32,000 nt of DNA from assembly GCF_000299365.1 (NCBI RefSeq), contig NC_018655.1, positions 780,001-812,000 on the forward strand. Direction: 5' to 3'. Below are positions 8,307-17,525 of the stretch, piece by piece. The notes beneath the pieces are model-generated. The model saw only the letters and a list, made by a program, of their open reading frames with translations. It was not told where the DNA came from and did no database searches. Position numbers and translations under genes: made by a program. This DNA is from Candidatus Nitrosopumilus koreensis AR1 (GTDB lineage Archaea > Thermoproteota > Nitrososphaeria > Nitrososphaerales > Nitrosopumilaceae). The number at the start of each line of letters is the position of its first letter. Within the stretch, counting starts at the first letter, position 1.

Positions 8307-9056
8307 TCAAGGCATCAATCTTGGATGCATTACTTTTATTCCATCATCCCCCAATTCAATAGGGTGAATCTGCTCACTGTGTGCAATTCCTCTTAGTTTT
8401 GTTACTTGAATTGATCTTTCCATGGTATCATGATGTCTAGAATGACGTAGTTGTATCACACCTGAAGATACAAACCATTCAGGAGGGATGTGATCATCAT
8501 TTACGGATTCAGATAGTAGAATTGATGTGACACCATAACTTTCAAGTGCTTGAACTAATCCTTGCAATCCTTGTCTTTTGTTGAATTCATCAGAGTATTG
8601 CATTTCCAAAATGGTAATAGAATCAATCACAACACGTTTTGCTTCTATTCTTTTAATGCTACTAAGAATTAATTTTGTCAAGTGCTCAAATGGTATTTGT
8701 TCGCCCCTATACAACGAATCATCCTTCCCGATAGAGTGATCAGTTATTTGAAAAGGTCTTGCGTCAATCATCAAAATTTTGTCTTTTGATACCAAGTCCT
8801 CAAAATCCCACCCGTGAGCCTTGGAGTCATTTTTTATTTCATCAATATTTTGGGCAAGACTGATGTACACACCAGGTTCATCAAAATCTTTGGCACCTCC
8901 ATGTAAGAATTGTAATCCAAATGTGGTCTTACCTGAACCCGGAGGGCCAGACACAACAACAGAACGACCTTGTTTTAATCCTCCAGACACGATAGAGTCT
9001 AATCCAGAAATTCCTGTTTTTACCTTGGCATATGTTGAGCTCATATACAAAAACAA
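8307..9056 (-). CDS. Single-domain KaiC/RadA-like RecA-superfamily ATPase
   Basis: TGISGLDSIVSGGLKQGRSVVVSGPPGSGKTTFGLQFLHGG (Walker A) and RVVIDSIT (Walker B-like). Start may be internal MSSTY. Confidence 0.9.
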   Translation of the reverse strand: MFLYMSSTYAKVKTGISGLDSIVSGGLKQGRSVVVSGPPGSGKTTFGLQFLHGGAKDFDEPGVYISLAQNIDEIKNDSKAHGWDFEDLVSKDKILMIDARPFQITDHSIGKDDSLYRGEQIPFEHLTKLILSSIKRIEAKRVVIDSITILEMQYSDEFNKRQGLQGLVQALESYGVTSILLSESVNDDHIPPEWFVSSGVIQLRHSRHHDTMERSIQVTKLRGIAHSEQIHPIELGDDGIKVMHPRLMP

Positions 9057-9119
9057 AGTTAATTTTTGTATATAAAGAAGGAGACTAGTTAGATTCTGAC
9101 AGGTATGATTTTACTAAAA

Positions 9120-9986
9120 TTATAAATGAATATTTTTTGATGTATTCCACATTGACTCAAACAACAACTTCATAGAATATACTAATGCTGGAGAATCAGT
9201 CCACATTGCAAACGGTTCATTAGAGTTGTTTGCATTCTTTGTAAAGAACAACAATTCTGAATTATCTTTTAGTATGAAACACAAATTATCTTTGATATCT
9301 TTGTTTATTGATTTAATATTTTTCCTCTCTAGTTCATCAAAGATGTATAATGTTTTATCACTACAAGAACTAAGTATTCTAAATTTCTGTTTTGATTTTT
9401 CAAATGGTTCTATAAAGTCAGCATGATATAATTTTAAGAGATCTTTTTCACTTCCAAGTAACAACAATTCATCGGTATAGCCATCAGTCATACTGGTAAT
9501 TTTTGAGTAGATTTGATTTGTTCCTTTTAGCATTTGGAATTTCTCTTCCTCATTTTCAGGTTCAGAATCAAACGTTGGAATATTTTTCCAAATTTCAGAT
9601 AATTCACCTTCCATTTTTTCAAGGGATTTTACACGTTCTTTTTCAGAATTTACTAAAATCCATATTGCCTTGTCTAAAGGTAATGCAGTAAATTGTATTG
9701 GGTGTTGGAATGTTGCAGAAACAATGCCCTTGTTTTGTAACGCAGATAATAGATGATATGTTTCGGTTCTAGGTAGTTTTAATGCCTTGCAAACTTCAGG
9801 AGCTGTCTTTGCGCCATATTTACCTAGATAAATGTAAACTTTGGATTGATTTCCAGTAAGGCCATATTTTGATAGTTGTTGTTGAACTTGATCTAAGGAT
9901 GATTTGTACTCTCCTAGAGAGGATCCAGACTCAGCATCAAATATGGATATTGCTTGTTCTTTCATTTTACAGGATACTCCGTACAT
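9120..9986 (-). CDS. TrmB family transcriptional regulator
   Basis: SKYGLTGNQSKVYIYLGKYGAKTAPEVCKALKLPRTETYHLLSALQNKGIV winged helix plus C-terminal sensor-like domain. Confidence 0.9.
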   Translation of the reverse strand: MYGVSCKMKEQAISIFDAESGSSLGEYKSSLDQVQQQLSKYGLTGNQSKVYIYLGKYGAKTAPEVCKALKLPRTETYHLLSALQNKGIVSATFQHPIQFTALPLDKAIWILVNSEKERVKSLEKMEGELSEIWKNIPTFDSEPENEEEKFQMLKGTNQIYSKITSMTDGYTDELLLLGSEKDLLKLYHADFIEPFEKSKQKFRILSSCSDKTLYIFDELERKNIKSINKDIKDNLCFILKDNSELLFFTKNANNSNEPFAMWTDSPALVYSMKLLFESMWNTSKNIHL

Positions 9987-10030
9987 AATGCCATGTTATA
10001 GGATCCGATCGTGAGCTCTTTTTGAGTAAA

Positions 10031-10054
10031 TTGATCGCAATTTTGATCGCAATT
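10031..10054. repeat. Perfect 12-bp tandem duplication TTGATCGCAATT x2, upstream of the TrmB-like gene
   Basis: Direct reading: ttgatcgcaatt ttgatcgcaatt. Confidence 0.85.
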
Positions 10055-10074
10055 TAGGCACAAATTACTCAATC

Positions 10075-10620
10075 TCATTTTAAAAGACTCTCCACAAACA
10101 ATGGTTTTTCAAGTTTAGCTGGAACTGTGAACTCTGTTTTAAACTTGAATTTTTCTCGAACTTCTTTAGAGTTTTTTAGCAATGCAATTTCAAACTGTCC
10201 GCCATCTTCATAAACAATTGAATTTAGATTGTTCTTTAATCCTTTTGAAACAAGACCATCCAAAGTCTCTTTTGCAGATTGTAGTTTTTCTAATTTTATT
10301 TTTAGAGATTCAATCTCTTTAAAGTATAACTCCAATTCGCCTTTGATACCCATGCCATTATACAGATTTAATGAATTGTATTTTATCCAATTTGAAGAGG
10401 TTTGTTTTTTTGTCTTTTTTGTCTTTTTTTCATCTGATTTGTCTTCTAATTTTTCTTTAATGGATAAGAATTCCTTATCATTTTCTAATTCTTTTTCTTG
10501 AGATCTTAGCTTTTCACCAGCTATCTTTGAAATTTTTTCCAATTCTTTTTTTGTTTCAACAACATTATTTTCTAGATATGTTTTGAATTCATCAATTACA
10601 TTAAATTTAATTAAACTCAT
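10075..10620 (-). CDS. Hypothetical protein with N-terminal coiled coils
   Basis: ORF of 181 aa in a tight same-strand series with neighbours. Confidence 0.75.
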   Translation of the reverse strand: MSLIKFNVIDEFKTYLENNVVETKKELEKISKIAGEKLRSQEKELENDKEFLSIKEKLEDKSDEKKTKKTKKQTSSNWIKYNSLNLYNGMGIKGELELYFKEIESLKIKLEKLQSAKETLDGLVSKGLKNNLNSIVYEDGGQFEIALLKNSKEVREKFKFKTEFTVPAKLEKPLFVESLLK

Positions 10621-11127
10621 TTAGATCACCGGTGTTTGATTTAATTCAAGTTGTCCAATATTTTCAATTTTCTTTAATTCATTATTTGCAGAACGCAAAA
10701 AGTTGATGCTGTTAAGTAATTTCAATTTATCTTTTCTTACTAATTCAACAATTTTTGGAGTAATGTAATCTAAAATGTTTATAATAATATCAGTTGAAAA
10801 ACTATCCATTGTTTTTTCTTCTGTTTTACTATTGGAATCAACAACAAGTATGTTAAGATTGGGTAATAATTTTATGTTGGTGTTTTCATCTAAATGTAAA
10901 ATATTAGAGGGTAATTCAATAGATAATCCCAAAAATTTAGTTATAACTTTTAATGAATTAATCAATTCATCAAGCGTGTTTACTCTTTGATTTTCTAATT
11001 CATAAATCTGTAAAGATTCCTGAATTAAAGATTCCATATATTGTAAGCTTGGGTGATCAGAATTACCTCCTGTTTCTGCAGTTGCTTGGTTTGCATTATT
11101 TTCAAGCGTACTATCCATAATGGTCAT
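10621..11127 (-). CDS. Hypothetical protein, helical
   Basis: ORF abuts the next gene exactly (10621/10620). Confidence 0.7.
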   Translation of the reverse strand: MTIMDSTLENNANQATAETGGNSDHPSLQYMESLIQESLQIYELENQRVNTLDELINSLKVITKFLGLSIELPSNILHLDENTNIKLLPNLNILVVDSNSKTEEKTMDSFSTDIIINILDYITPKIVELVRKDKLKLLNSINFLRSANNELKKIENIGQLELNQTPVI

Positions 11128-11187
11128 GCAAAAAATATTCTTTTTTAGATAATATCCAAGTGTATGTGTGAAAATATTACATCCTGT

Positions 11188-13674
11188 CTAAGTGACTGTG
11201 GTGCCTCCGATGTCAATTGTCTTGAAAAATGTTCTTCCTAATTCATCATATCCGGACAGATAGACGTAAAAATTGTAATTTTCTCCAGGCGTAATAGGAG
11301 TTCCATATTGACCATTTATGGAAGGGTGAGTGGTAGGGGCATAGAACTCTATTGTGAATTTTTTTCCAGGAGGCAAATATATGCTATCATTAGTGTCTGA
11401 CATTTCAAATTCTGTACTAGTTCCATTTACAAATTGAGGCAGTGAAGCGTATGCAATATCTGATGTAACATCATCAAAAACTCCACGAATTCCACTCATT
11501 GAAAAAAATGCGCCTATGGTACCAGTATTGGATACTCTAACCAGATAATTTCCGCCATCCTCATTGATATCATATGAAAAATAACCCGGAAAAGTGTCAT
11601 CAGGTATAGGTATCTGAACAAAGGATGTGTCTGGGTTTCCATTGAGTGAGTCATCATCAATTCTAACATCTACTCCCAAACCACTAACAAAATCTACTGT
11701 AAATAATATGCGTTCATCAGTTAAACTGATCTGATTCATTGCACCAGTAAGATTTCCACTAGAATGAAAATTTGTCACATCATTAAGAGGATCAATAAAA
11801 TCCATTTCAATGTCTGTTTGTGAAAACAATGTTGTTTTACCTCCAGAATTATCGACTCTTTCGATTGTATAGTCTACCAAAAATGCACCATCTCCATATT
11901 TTGTATTGTTTAATGCCAGTACTTCACTAGAAGTTAATCCATATGATTCCCAATGCATTATAGAATCAATACTGCCTTTAAAATTCTCAGTAATTTGACC
12001 ATCTTGGGTATCAGGATTTGCTCCAATCATCCACTTAGTATCTATTTCTAGTTGCGAATTATTTGGATTACTTGTATCTTGTTGAGTTACAACAAAAGAT
12101 CCATCTAAATACAAAGTACATGTTTCAGAATCTACACGAATTCCAACAAAATGATGCCATTCATCAGTAGTTACTCCAGAGGTATTACAATCAAGTATTT
12201 TTCCTTCTGTAGAATCAAATCTAAATGACAATGTACCTGTTGTTCCAGATTTATCAAAAACAACCTCATAAAATTCAGAGCCAGGATTGGATTCTTCAGC
12301 CCGGATTATTACTTGCCGGCCATCATTTCCAGTACCATCTACATAAAACCAACCAGCAGTAGAGTTTGGGCCATCATCAAGATCATTACAAGAGGTATCA
12401 ATTCCTACTGAAATGTAATCATTATTCCCATCAAAAGTAAATCCTCCACTGGAAAATACACCACTAGAATCACTCCATGCAGGCGTGCTGGTACCTGAAC
12501 CAAGAGTGGCACTGATTTCATTATCACATGCAGCCCCAGTTACCCCATTAGAAAGAAAAGATTGTTTCTCAAAATGAAATATCATACCACTAGATAAAAT
12601 TGAATTATCTATAGTTGAATCAAGATGGGAATTAAGATAAGCTAAAGATGAAGTCCAAGTTCCAGAAGGTATTGTAACTGTACTTGTTTGGTTATTTGTA
12701 ATGTATGCCATGTTATTTTGATCAAGATCAACGGTAAACCCTGTGGCATCTGCGGTACCAGAGCTTAATTGATATTCGCCATTAGGGGTGTTTGTGGATT
12801 CTTGATGAATTGTAAGAATGTCAGGAGTGTTACTAGGAACTGTAAATCCAAGTGATTCCAAAGAAGTTCCAGCTTCTAATGCCAACAACACGTCTTTAAT
12901 TGTTATAGTTACAGATGAATCATTTCCAGGATATCCATTTACAATAGAACCAGTTATAGTTACAGATTCTGCGGCTGTACCTGAAATGACACAGGACCAT
13001 TTGAAGATTACAGATTCACCTTTTTTCAGAGAAGGGTACGATGCAGGAGTTGGCGAAGAATCACAAATTGCGGTTGCGGAACCTGATGGGGGAGACATCT
13101 CAGGGACAATGTTAAGTAAAGTAACATCATTTGGAAGGTCATTTGTAACAGTCATAAATAATGTTGTAGAAAATCCATTAGCAACGGTTTCAGGAGCTGC
13201 ATGTAAGTTAATAGATAAATTTTGATCAGGAACTGAATTGAAAAAATATGTTTCAGTATTTCCCCGATCAGTAACAAGGGATATTTTATACGCTTGAGTA
13301 TCAACTACAGAAAGCGGAAGGGTTTGTCCAATTCCGCTGACAGAATTTGAAGGAGATATGCTTTGATCAATATCAAATTTTGAAGGAATCCATGTTGAAT
13401 CAGTGGTATTTTCAATCCATAGTTTTGTTAATTTTATTGGAAGTTGGCCTTTGTTTTGAACTGTCAAATCAAATTTGTTGTTTGTAATGGTAGCATCAGA
13501 AATTTCAAAAGATTCAGAATTTCTTGCACCATCAACACTTTCTTTGATTATTACGGCTTGTGAAAAATCATCAATCACATTCATACTATATGACACATAT
13601 GCCACAGTGCTAGAAGCAGCAATTATAAAAAATACTGCACCCACCAGCGTACTTAATGCTCTACGATTTTTCAT
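11188..13674 (-). CDS. Giant pilin-like surface protein with class III signal peptide and LamG/concanavalin-like domain
   Basis: MKNRRALSTLVGAVFFIIAASSTVAYVSYSM resembles archaeal prepilins. LamG-like GVTTDEWHHFVGIRVDSETCTLYLDGSFV...FKGSIDSIMHWE. Confidence 0.88.
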   Translation of the reverse strand: MKNRRALSTLVGAVFFIIAASSTVAYVSYSMNVIDDFSQAVIIKESVDGARNSESFEISDATITNNKFDLTVQNKGQLPIKLTKLWIENTTDSTWIPSKFDIDQSISPSNSVSGIGQTLPLSVVDTQAYKISLVTDRGNTETYFFNSVPDQNLSINLHAAPETVANGFSTTLFMTVTNDLPNDVTLLNIVPEMSPPSGSATAICDSSPTPASYPSLKKGESVIFKWSCVISGTAAESVTITGSIVNGYPGNDSSVTITIKDVLLALEAGTSLESLGFTVPSNTPDILTIHQESTNTPNGEYQLSSGTADATGFTVDLDQNNMAYITNNQTSTVTIPSGTWTSSLAYLNSHLDSTIDNSILSSGMIFHFEKQSFLSNGVTGAACDNEISATLGSGTSTPAWSDSSGVFSSGGFTFDGNNDYISVGIDTSCNDLDDGPNSTAGWFYVDGTGNDGRQVIIRAEESNPGSEFYEVVFDKSGTTGTLSFRFDSTEGKILDCNTSGVTTDEWHHFVGIRVDSETCTLYLDGSFVVTQQDTSNPNNSQLEIDTKWMIGANPDTQDGQITENFKGSIDSIMHWESYGLTSSEVLALNNTKYGDGAFLVDYTIERVDNSGGKTTLFSQTDIEMDFIDPLNDVTNFHSSGNLTGAMNQISLTDERILFTVDFVSGLGVDVRIDDDSLNGNPDTSFVQIPIPDDTFPGYFSYDINEDGGNYLVRVSNTGTIGAFFSMSGIRGVFDDVTSDIAYASLPQFVNGTSTEFEMSDTNDSIYLPPGKKFTIEFYAPTTHPSINGQYGTPITPGENYNFYVYLSGYDELGRTFFKTIDIGGTTVT

Positions 13675-14123
13675 GGACTCACCTGGGTTCTGAATTGATT
13701 ATCTCTAGCACTTTTGATCAAAATATCAAATTCAACATCATCAATCCAAGCATAAGTCATGTTTATTGAATAAGATTCAGAAGGGCTCATTCCTCCATCA
13801 TCAATTAACACTGAACTAATTTTTTCAAATGTTGTTGAGTTAATAAATTGAATATTTGTTACATTTAATCCAACATTTCCAGTATTAGTCATGGTTACAT
13901 TGACATATTTAGAAGGATTTGTTCCAAACCATATTTTTTCAAATATAATGTGCTCATTTAGTTTATTGATATTTTTTGAAAAAGTATTTTCAAGATTTTT
14001 TTGATGAGACAATAAATTAGAATTGGACCATCCGACCAAACCCGCGCCAAGAATTGCAATAGATGATAATAGAATGGCACTAGTGACAATAGAAGCTAAG
14101 GCTCTCCTACGAACAAATTTCAT
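13671..14123 (-). CDS. Type IV pilin-like protein (short)
   Basis: MKFVRRRALASIVTSAILLSSIAILGAGLVGWSN followed by NVTMTNTGNVGLNVTNIQFIN; 4-nt overlap with the downstream LamG gene. Confidence 0.82.
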   Translation of the reverse strand: MKFVRRRALASIVTSAILLSSIAILGAGLVGWSNSNLLSHQKNLENTFSKNINKLNEHIIFEKIWFGTNPSKYVNVTMTNTGNVGLNVTNIQFINSTTFEKISSVLIDDGGMSPSESYSINMTYAWIDDVEFDILIKSARDNQFRTQVSP

Positions 14124-14184
14124 TAAGTAATTTCATGAAAAATTAGGTATATTGCTCAGTATGTAATAAAATCTAACTTACATT

Positions 14185-14823
14185 TTATGATGATGCAGAC
14201 TCGTTAATTTTCTTATTTAAAACGGAATTGATGGTATCTATTTTTTGTTTTAATTCATCAGAAGGGTTTTCTGAATGTTGATTGCTAAGATCAATTTGCA
14301 GTTTTGTTAATTCCTCTGTAGACATTTGATCAAATTCAGAATCTGCCGATTTTATTTCATCTGAATATGTTACTTCTTTTTCATTTGTTGATTCCTCTGT
14401 TTGTTCTTTTACATCTTCAGAAATTGACTCTAATTCTGAAGAGTGTTCTGTTTGTTCAGAAAGATCCATTGTTTTGCTAATCTCATATGGTGGACATGGG
14501 ATTTTCATGCTCTTAGTTAGCATGAACAACACAGGGTATAATTCCTGATAAGACATGCGTAAAATTTGAGGGATGTTTTGTTCATCTTTTTGATATAATG
14601 ATTCTAATTCTGAAGAATTTCCGTTAACGTCAATTTTTCCTTCCAAGCTTAGACGAATCCCTTTAGGTGCAGAGCTAAAGGTATAGCCATATTGTAATTG
14701 ACAAGAGTTTTCAGCACTGGAAACCTCGTTTAATGACACATCAATGTCATATTTTTTAAAATCTGTTTTCTCTTTGACATTATTATTTACATTGAATGAT
14801 TCAATGTCCAAATTGAACTGCAT
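14185..14823 (-). CDS. Hypothetical protein; N-terminal beta-rich domain loosely SecB-like, then charged low-complexity region
   Basis: SCQLQYGYTFSSAPKGIRLSLEGKIDV...PQILRMSYQELYPVLFMLTKSMKIPCPPYEI; SecB resemblance is only a visual impression. Confidence 0.7.
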   Translation of the reverse strand: MQFNLDIESFNVNNNVKEKTDFKKYDIDVSLNEVSSAENSCQLQYGYTFSSAPKGIRLSLEGKIDVNGNSSELESLYQKDEQNIPQILRMSYQELYPVLFMLTKSMKIPCPPYEISKTMDLSEQTEHSSELESISEDVKEQTEESTNEKEVTYSDEIKSADSEFDQMSTEELTKLQIDLSNQHSENPSDELKQKIDTINSVLNKKINESASS

Positions 14824-14890
14824 TTGAAAGTAGAATCAAAAATTGTGTATTAACAAAGTGTCTGTCATTTCAAGTTACATCATTTCGAAT

Positions 14891-15928
14891 ATGAGCAATA
14901 ATAATGATTTAAAAATAATGCAAATAGAGGATTTTGCCCAAAAGAACACTGTAAAGAAGAAAAATTTTAATTTAAATTTTACAATTTCAAAAGCTCCCAA
15001 AAAAGCCAAGAAATTAGATTTACATCAAGATATTTCAAATTATCTGGACAAAAATCAGTATTCATTTAGTGAAGATATGCAAGAGATGATTCCAAAAGAC
15101 ACTCCTCCATATTTGGATAATGGGGAAAAGTATGTAGAAAGAATTGCAAGAGCTTTAAAGTTTTTTAAACAATGTTCTTTGATTGGCCCCAGCGGAACTG
15201 GAAAAACACACATTGTTTATTTGGTTGCTGAATTAGCAGGTCTGCCATTATGGGAAATTAATTGTGGATTACAAACATCTGTTTTTGATCTTTTTGGAAG
15301 ATATGTAGGATTGGGAAAAGAGAACTGGATTGATGGATTGATTGTAAACTGGTGTAGAGATGGAGGAATATTGTATCTTGATGAGGCAAACATGATGAAA
15401 CAAGATGTTGCAACACGATTAAACCCTATTCTTGATCAGAGAGGACATCTTGTGTTAACAGAAAAAGATAATGAACTTATCCATAGACACGAACATGCAT
15501 ATCTGATAATCAGCATGAATCCTTTTTCATCAGAATTTGCAGGAACAAAGCCACTCAATGCTGCAATGAGAAGAAGGATGAGCGTTTGGTTAAATTTTGA
15601 TTACATGAGTGTGGGAGATAAAATTGATGAAAAAGAAATTGATCTTGTATGTCACAGAGCAAAAGTAAACAGAGACGATGCAGAAAAAATTGTCAAGATA
15701 GGTGCAAAACTAAGGCAAGAATATCAACAAGGTGATCTTCCATATGGTCCATCAGTTGGAGATTTGGCAAATTGGGCAAAAATTGTTGCAGATGGAACAA
15801 CGGTGGAAATTGCAGCAGAAGAGACAATCATAGCATTAACTGCAGATGATTTTGAGGTTCAAGAAGAAGTTCGTGCAATTGTAAAACGAGTTTGCGGAGG
15901 AGATAAGTTTGAAAGAAAATTTGTATGA
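14891..15928 (+). CDS. MoxR/CbbQ-type AAA+ ATPase
   Basis: Walker A GPSGTGKTH, Walker B GGILYLDEANMM, AGTKPLNAAMRRR. ATG 14891 preferred over the listed 14843. Confidence 0.92.
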   Translation: MSNNNDLKIMQIEDFAQKNTVKKKNFNLNFTISKAPKKAKKLDLHQDISNYLDKNQYSFSEDMQEMIPKDTPPYLDNGEKYVERIARALKFFKQCSLIGPSGTGKTHIVYLVAELAGLPLWEINCGLQTSVFDLFGRYVGLGKENWIDGLIVNWCRDGGILYLDEANMMKQDVATRLNPILDQRGHLVLTEKDNELIHRHEHAYLIISMNPFSSEFAGTKPLNAAMRRRMSVWLNFDYMSVGDKIDEKEIDLVCHRAKVNRDDAEKIVKIGAKLRQEYQQGDLPYGPSVGDLANWAKIVADGTTVEIAAEETIIALTADDFEVQEEVRAIVKRVCGGDKFERKFV

Positions 15929-17471
15929 TCTATCTGCAAACATCATCTATGAAGTAGCAGACAAAGAAAAAACAAGCATTGAAGTAACAATGCCTGAAAA
16001 ATTATCTTTTTTAGAACTAAAGTACGGAAAACCCACACAAATATCCCTTCCAAAACCAAAAAAAAGTGATGAAAAATGTCTCTATCAAGGCATTCTGTTT
16101 GATAGTATAGATGACTCGTATTCTACAGTGTGGTCTTTGTTTTTAGCATCATTGTATCACTCTGGAGGCCATGCTGCAGTTTCAGATTATTCAGTATATC
16201 AAAAATGGTATCAGAGAAAATCCCCAATCTTAGCATCTCAAGCAATTAAATTTGTGGAAGACATCAGAGTTCAGGAATATCTAAAAACCAGATATTCAAA
16301 TCCTTTAAAAAATATTGAAATGATTAAATTTTCTTGTGAATTGTTGTACAACAAATTTTTGAAAAACATCCTAGAGTCAAATGAAAAAAATAGAACACAG
16401 CATGCATTTAGAAATAAAATAGAACACTTCAGAAATGAAGTAAAAGAATCTATAACAAATAATGACACTCCTGAAAACAGGATTAAACTTGCAGATGAAA
16501 TTTACAAAAACAGATATGCTTTAGGAATGTGGGAATATCCATTTTGCGACAACATCAAACCAACAAACTTTACAAAATATTTGAAATATTTGAAATTAAA
16601 TCCTACTGGAGAATTCAGACACTATGCTAACGAATTAGGCAATATGTGGATAGACGAAATTAAAAAAGAAGAAAAAATGATGGAAAAATACAAAAAATAT
16701 TCTGAAGGATTACGTTTTGACAAAATCAAACTAGCACCAGAAAATCTTGGAAAATTTTTTCAGTTGAGAGTAGATAGTACAAATTTTATTAAAAAAATTA
16801 GAAGTCAAGTATCGAATGTAACAAACTCCATGGAAGATCCAAATACTGAAGATTATGGTTACATTGAAATGCAAAAAGCAGTTCAGGCAGTTGCAAGTGA
16901 AAGTCAAGGAATTTCTTATTTTGAGCAAGATCAAGAACTTCGTTATGAGGAAAGCTGGGCAATAGTTATGGATACTAGTGCAAGTATGAAAATTCAGTTT
17001 CAGGATTTACAGAAATTTTTGATGTGTATTGCAGAAGCTGCAGACAAAATAAACTACAAGGGAGGAAAATGGTCCATACATGGTTTTAGCAATGATTTTG
17101 TGCTGATTAAAGATTTCAAAGAAAAGTATGATGACAGAATCAAGGCCAGGATAGGAGGAATGAACAGTTCAGGATTATCATTTGTTCCAGATGCCATGAA
17201 ATTGGCAACAAGAATGCTAGAAGACGACATCAATGAACGCAGATACTTGTTCCTAATTACCGATGGATACATGATGGGGTATCATGAAATTGACGAAGAG
17301 TTTCAATCTGCTATTAATCTGGCCTCCAAGGCAGGCGTAAATGTAATAGCAATAGGCGTACCTGATGGAATGTCAAAATATTTCACAGTTAGTTTCCCTC
17401 ATACTGAGATTAGAAAGACAGTTGCAAACTTTGTTCGCGCCTATACATCTGTGGCACAACAATACATGTAA
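15909..17471 (+). CDS. VWA-domain protein, partner of the MoxR ATPase (CbbO/NorD/ViaA-like organisation)
   Basis: C-terminal MIDAS motif AIVMDTSASMKI and FLITDGYMMG; overlaps the MoxR gene by 20 nt; TTG start. Confidence 0.9.
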   Translation: MKENLYDLSANIIYEVADKEKTSIEVTMPEKLSFLELKYGKPTQISLPKPKKSDEKCLYQGILFDSIDDSYSTVWSLFLASLYHSGGHAAVSDYSVYQKWYQRKSPILASQAIKFVEDIRVQEYLKTRYSNPLKNIEMIKFSCELLYNKFLKNILESNEKNRTQHAFRNKIEHFRNEVKESITNNDTPENRIKLADEIYKNRYALGMWEYPFCDNIKPTNFTKYLKYLKLNPTGEFRHYANELGNMWIDEIKKEEKMMEKYKKYSEGLRFDKIKLAPENLGKFFQLRVDSTNFIKKIRSQVSNVTNSMEDPNTEDYGYIEMQKAVQAVASESQGISYFEQDQELRYEESWAIVMDTSASMKIQFQDLQKFLMCIAEAADKINYKGGKWSIHGFSNDFVLIKDFKEKYDDRIKARIGGMNSSGLSFVPDAMKLATRMLEDDINERRYLFLITDGYMMGYHEIDEEFQSAINLASKAGVNVIAIGVPDGMSKYFTVSFPHTEIRKTVANFVRAYTSVAQQYM

Positions 17472-17525
17472 TTTCGAATTATTACATACTCTTTTAGATA
17501 TTCTACAAAATAACCATATTTTTTA

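Noticed and set aside
12818-13225. 135-aa plus-strand ORF inside the LamG gene
   Set aside because: Antisense to a long gene with a clear signal peptide and domain; composition looks like a reverse-strand shadow.
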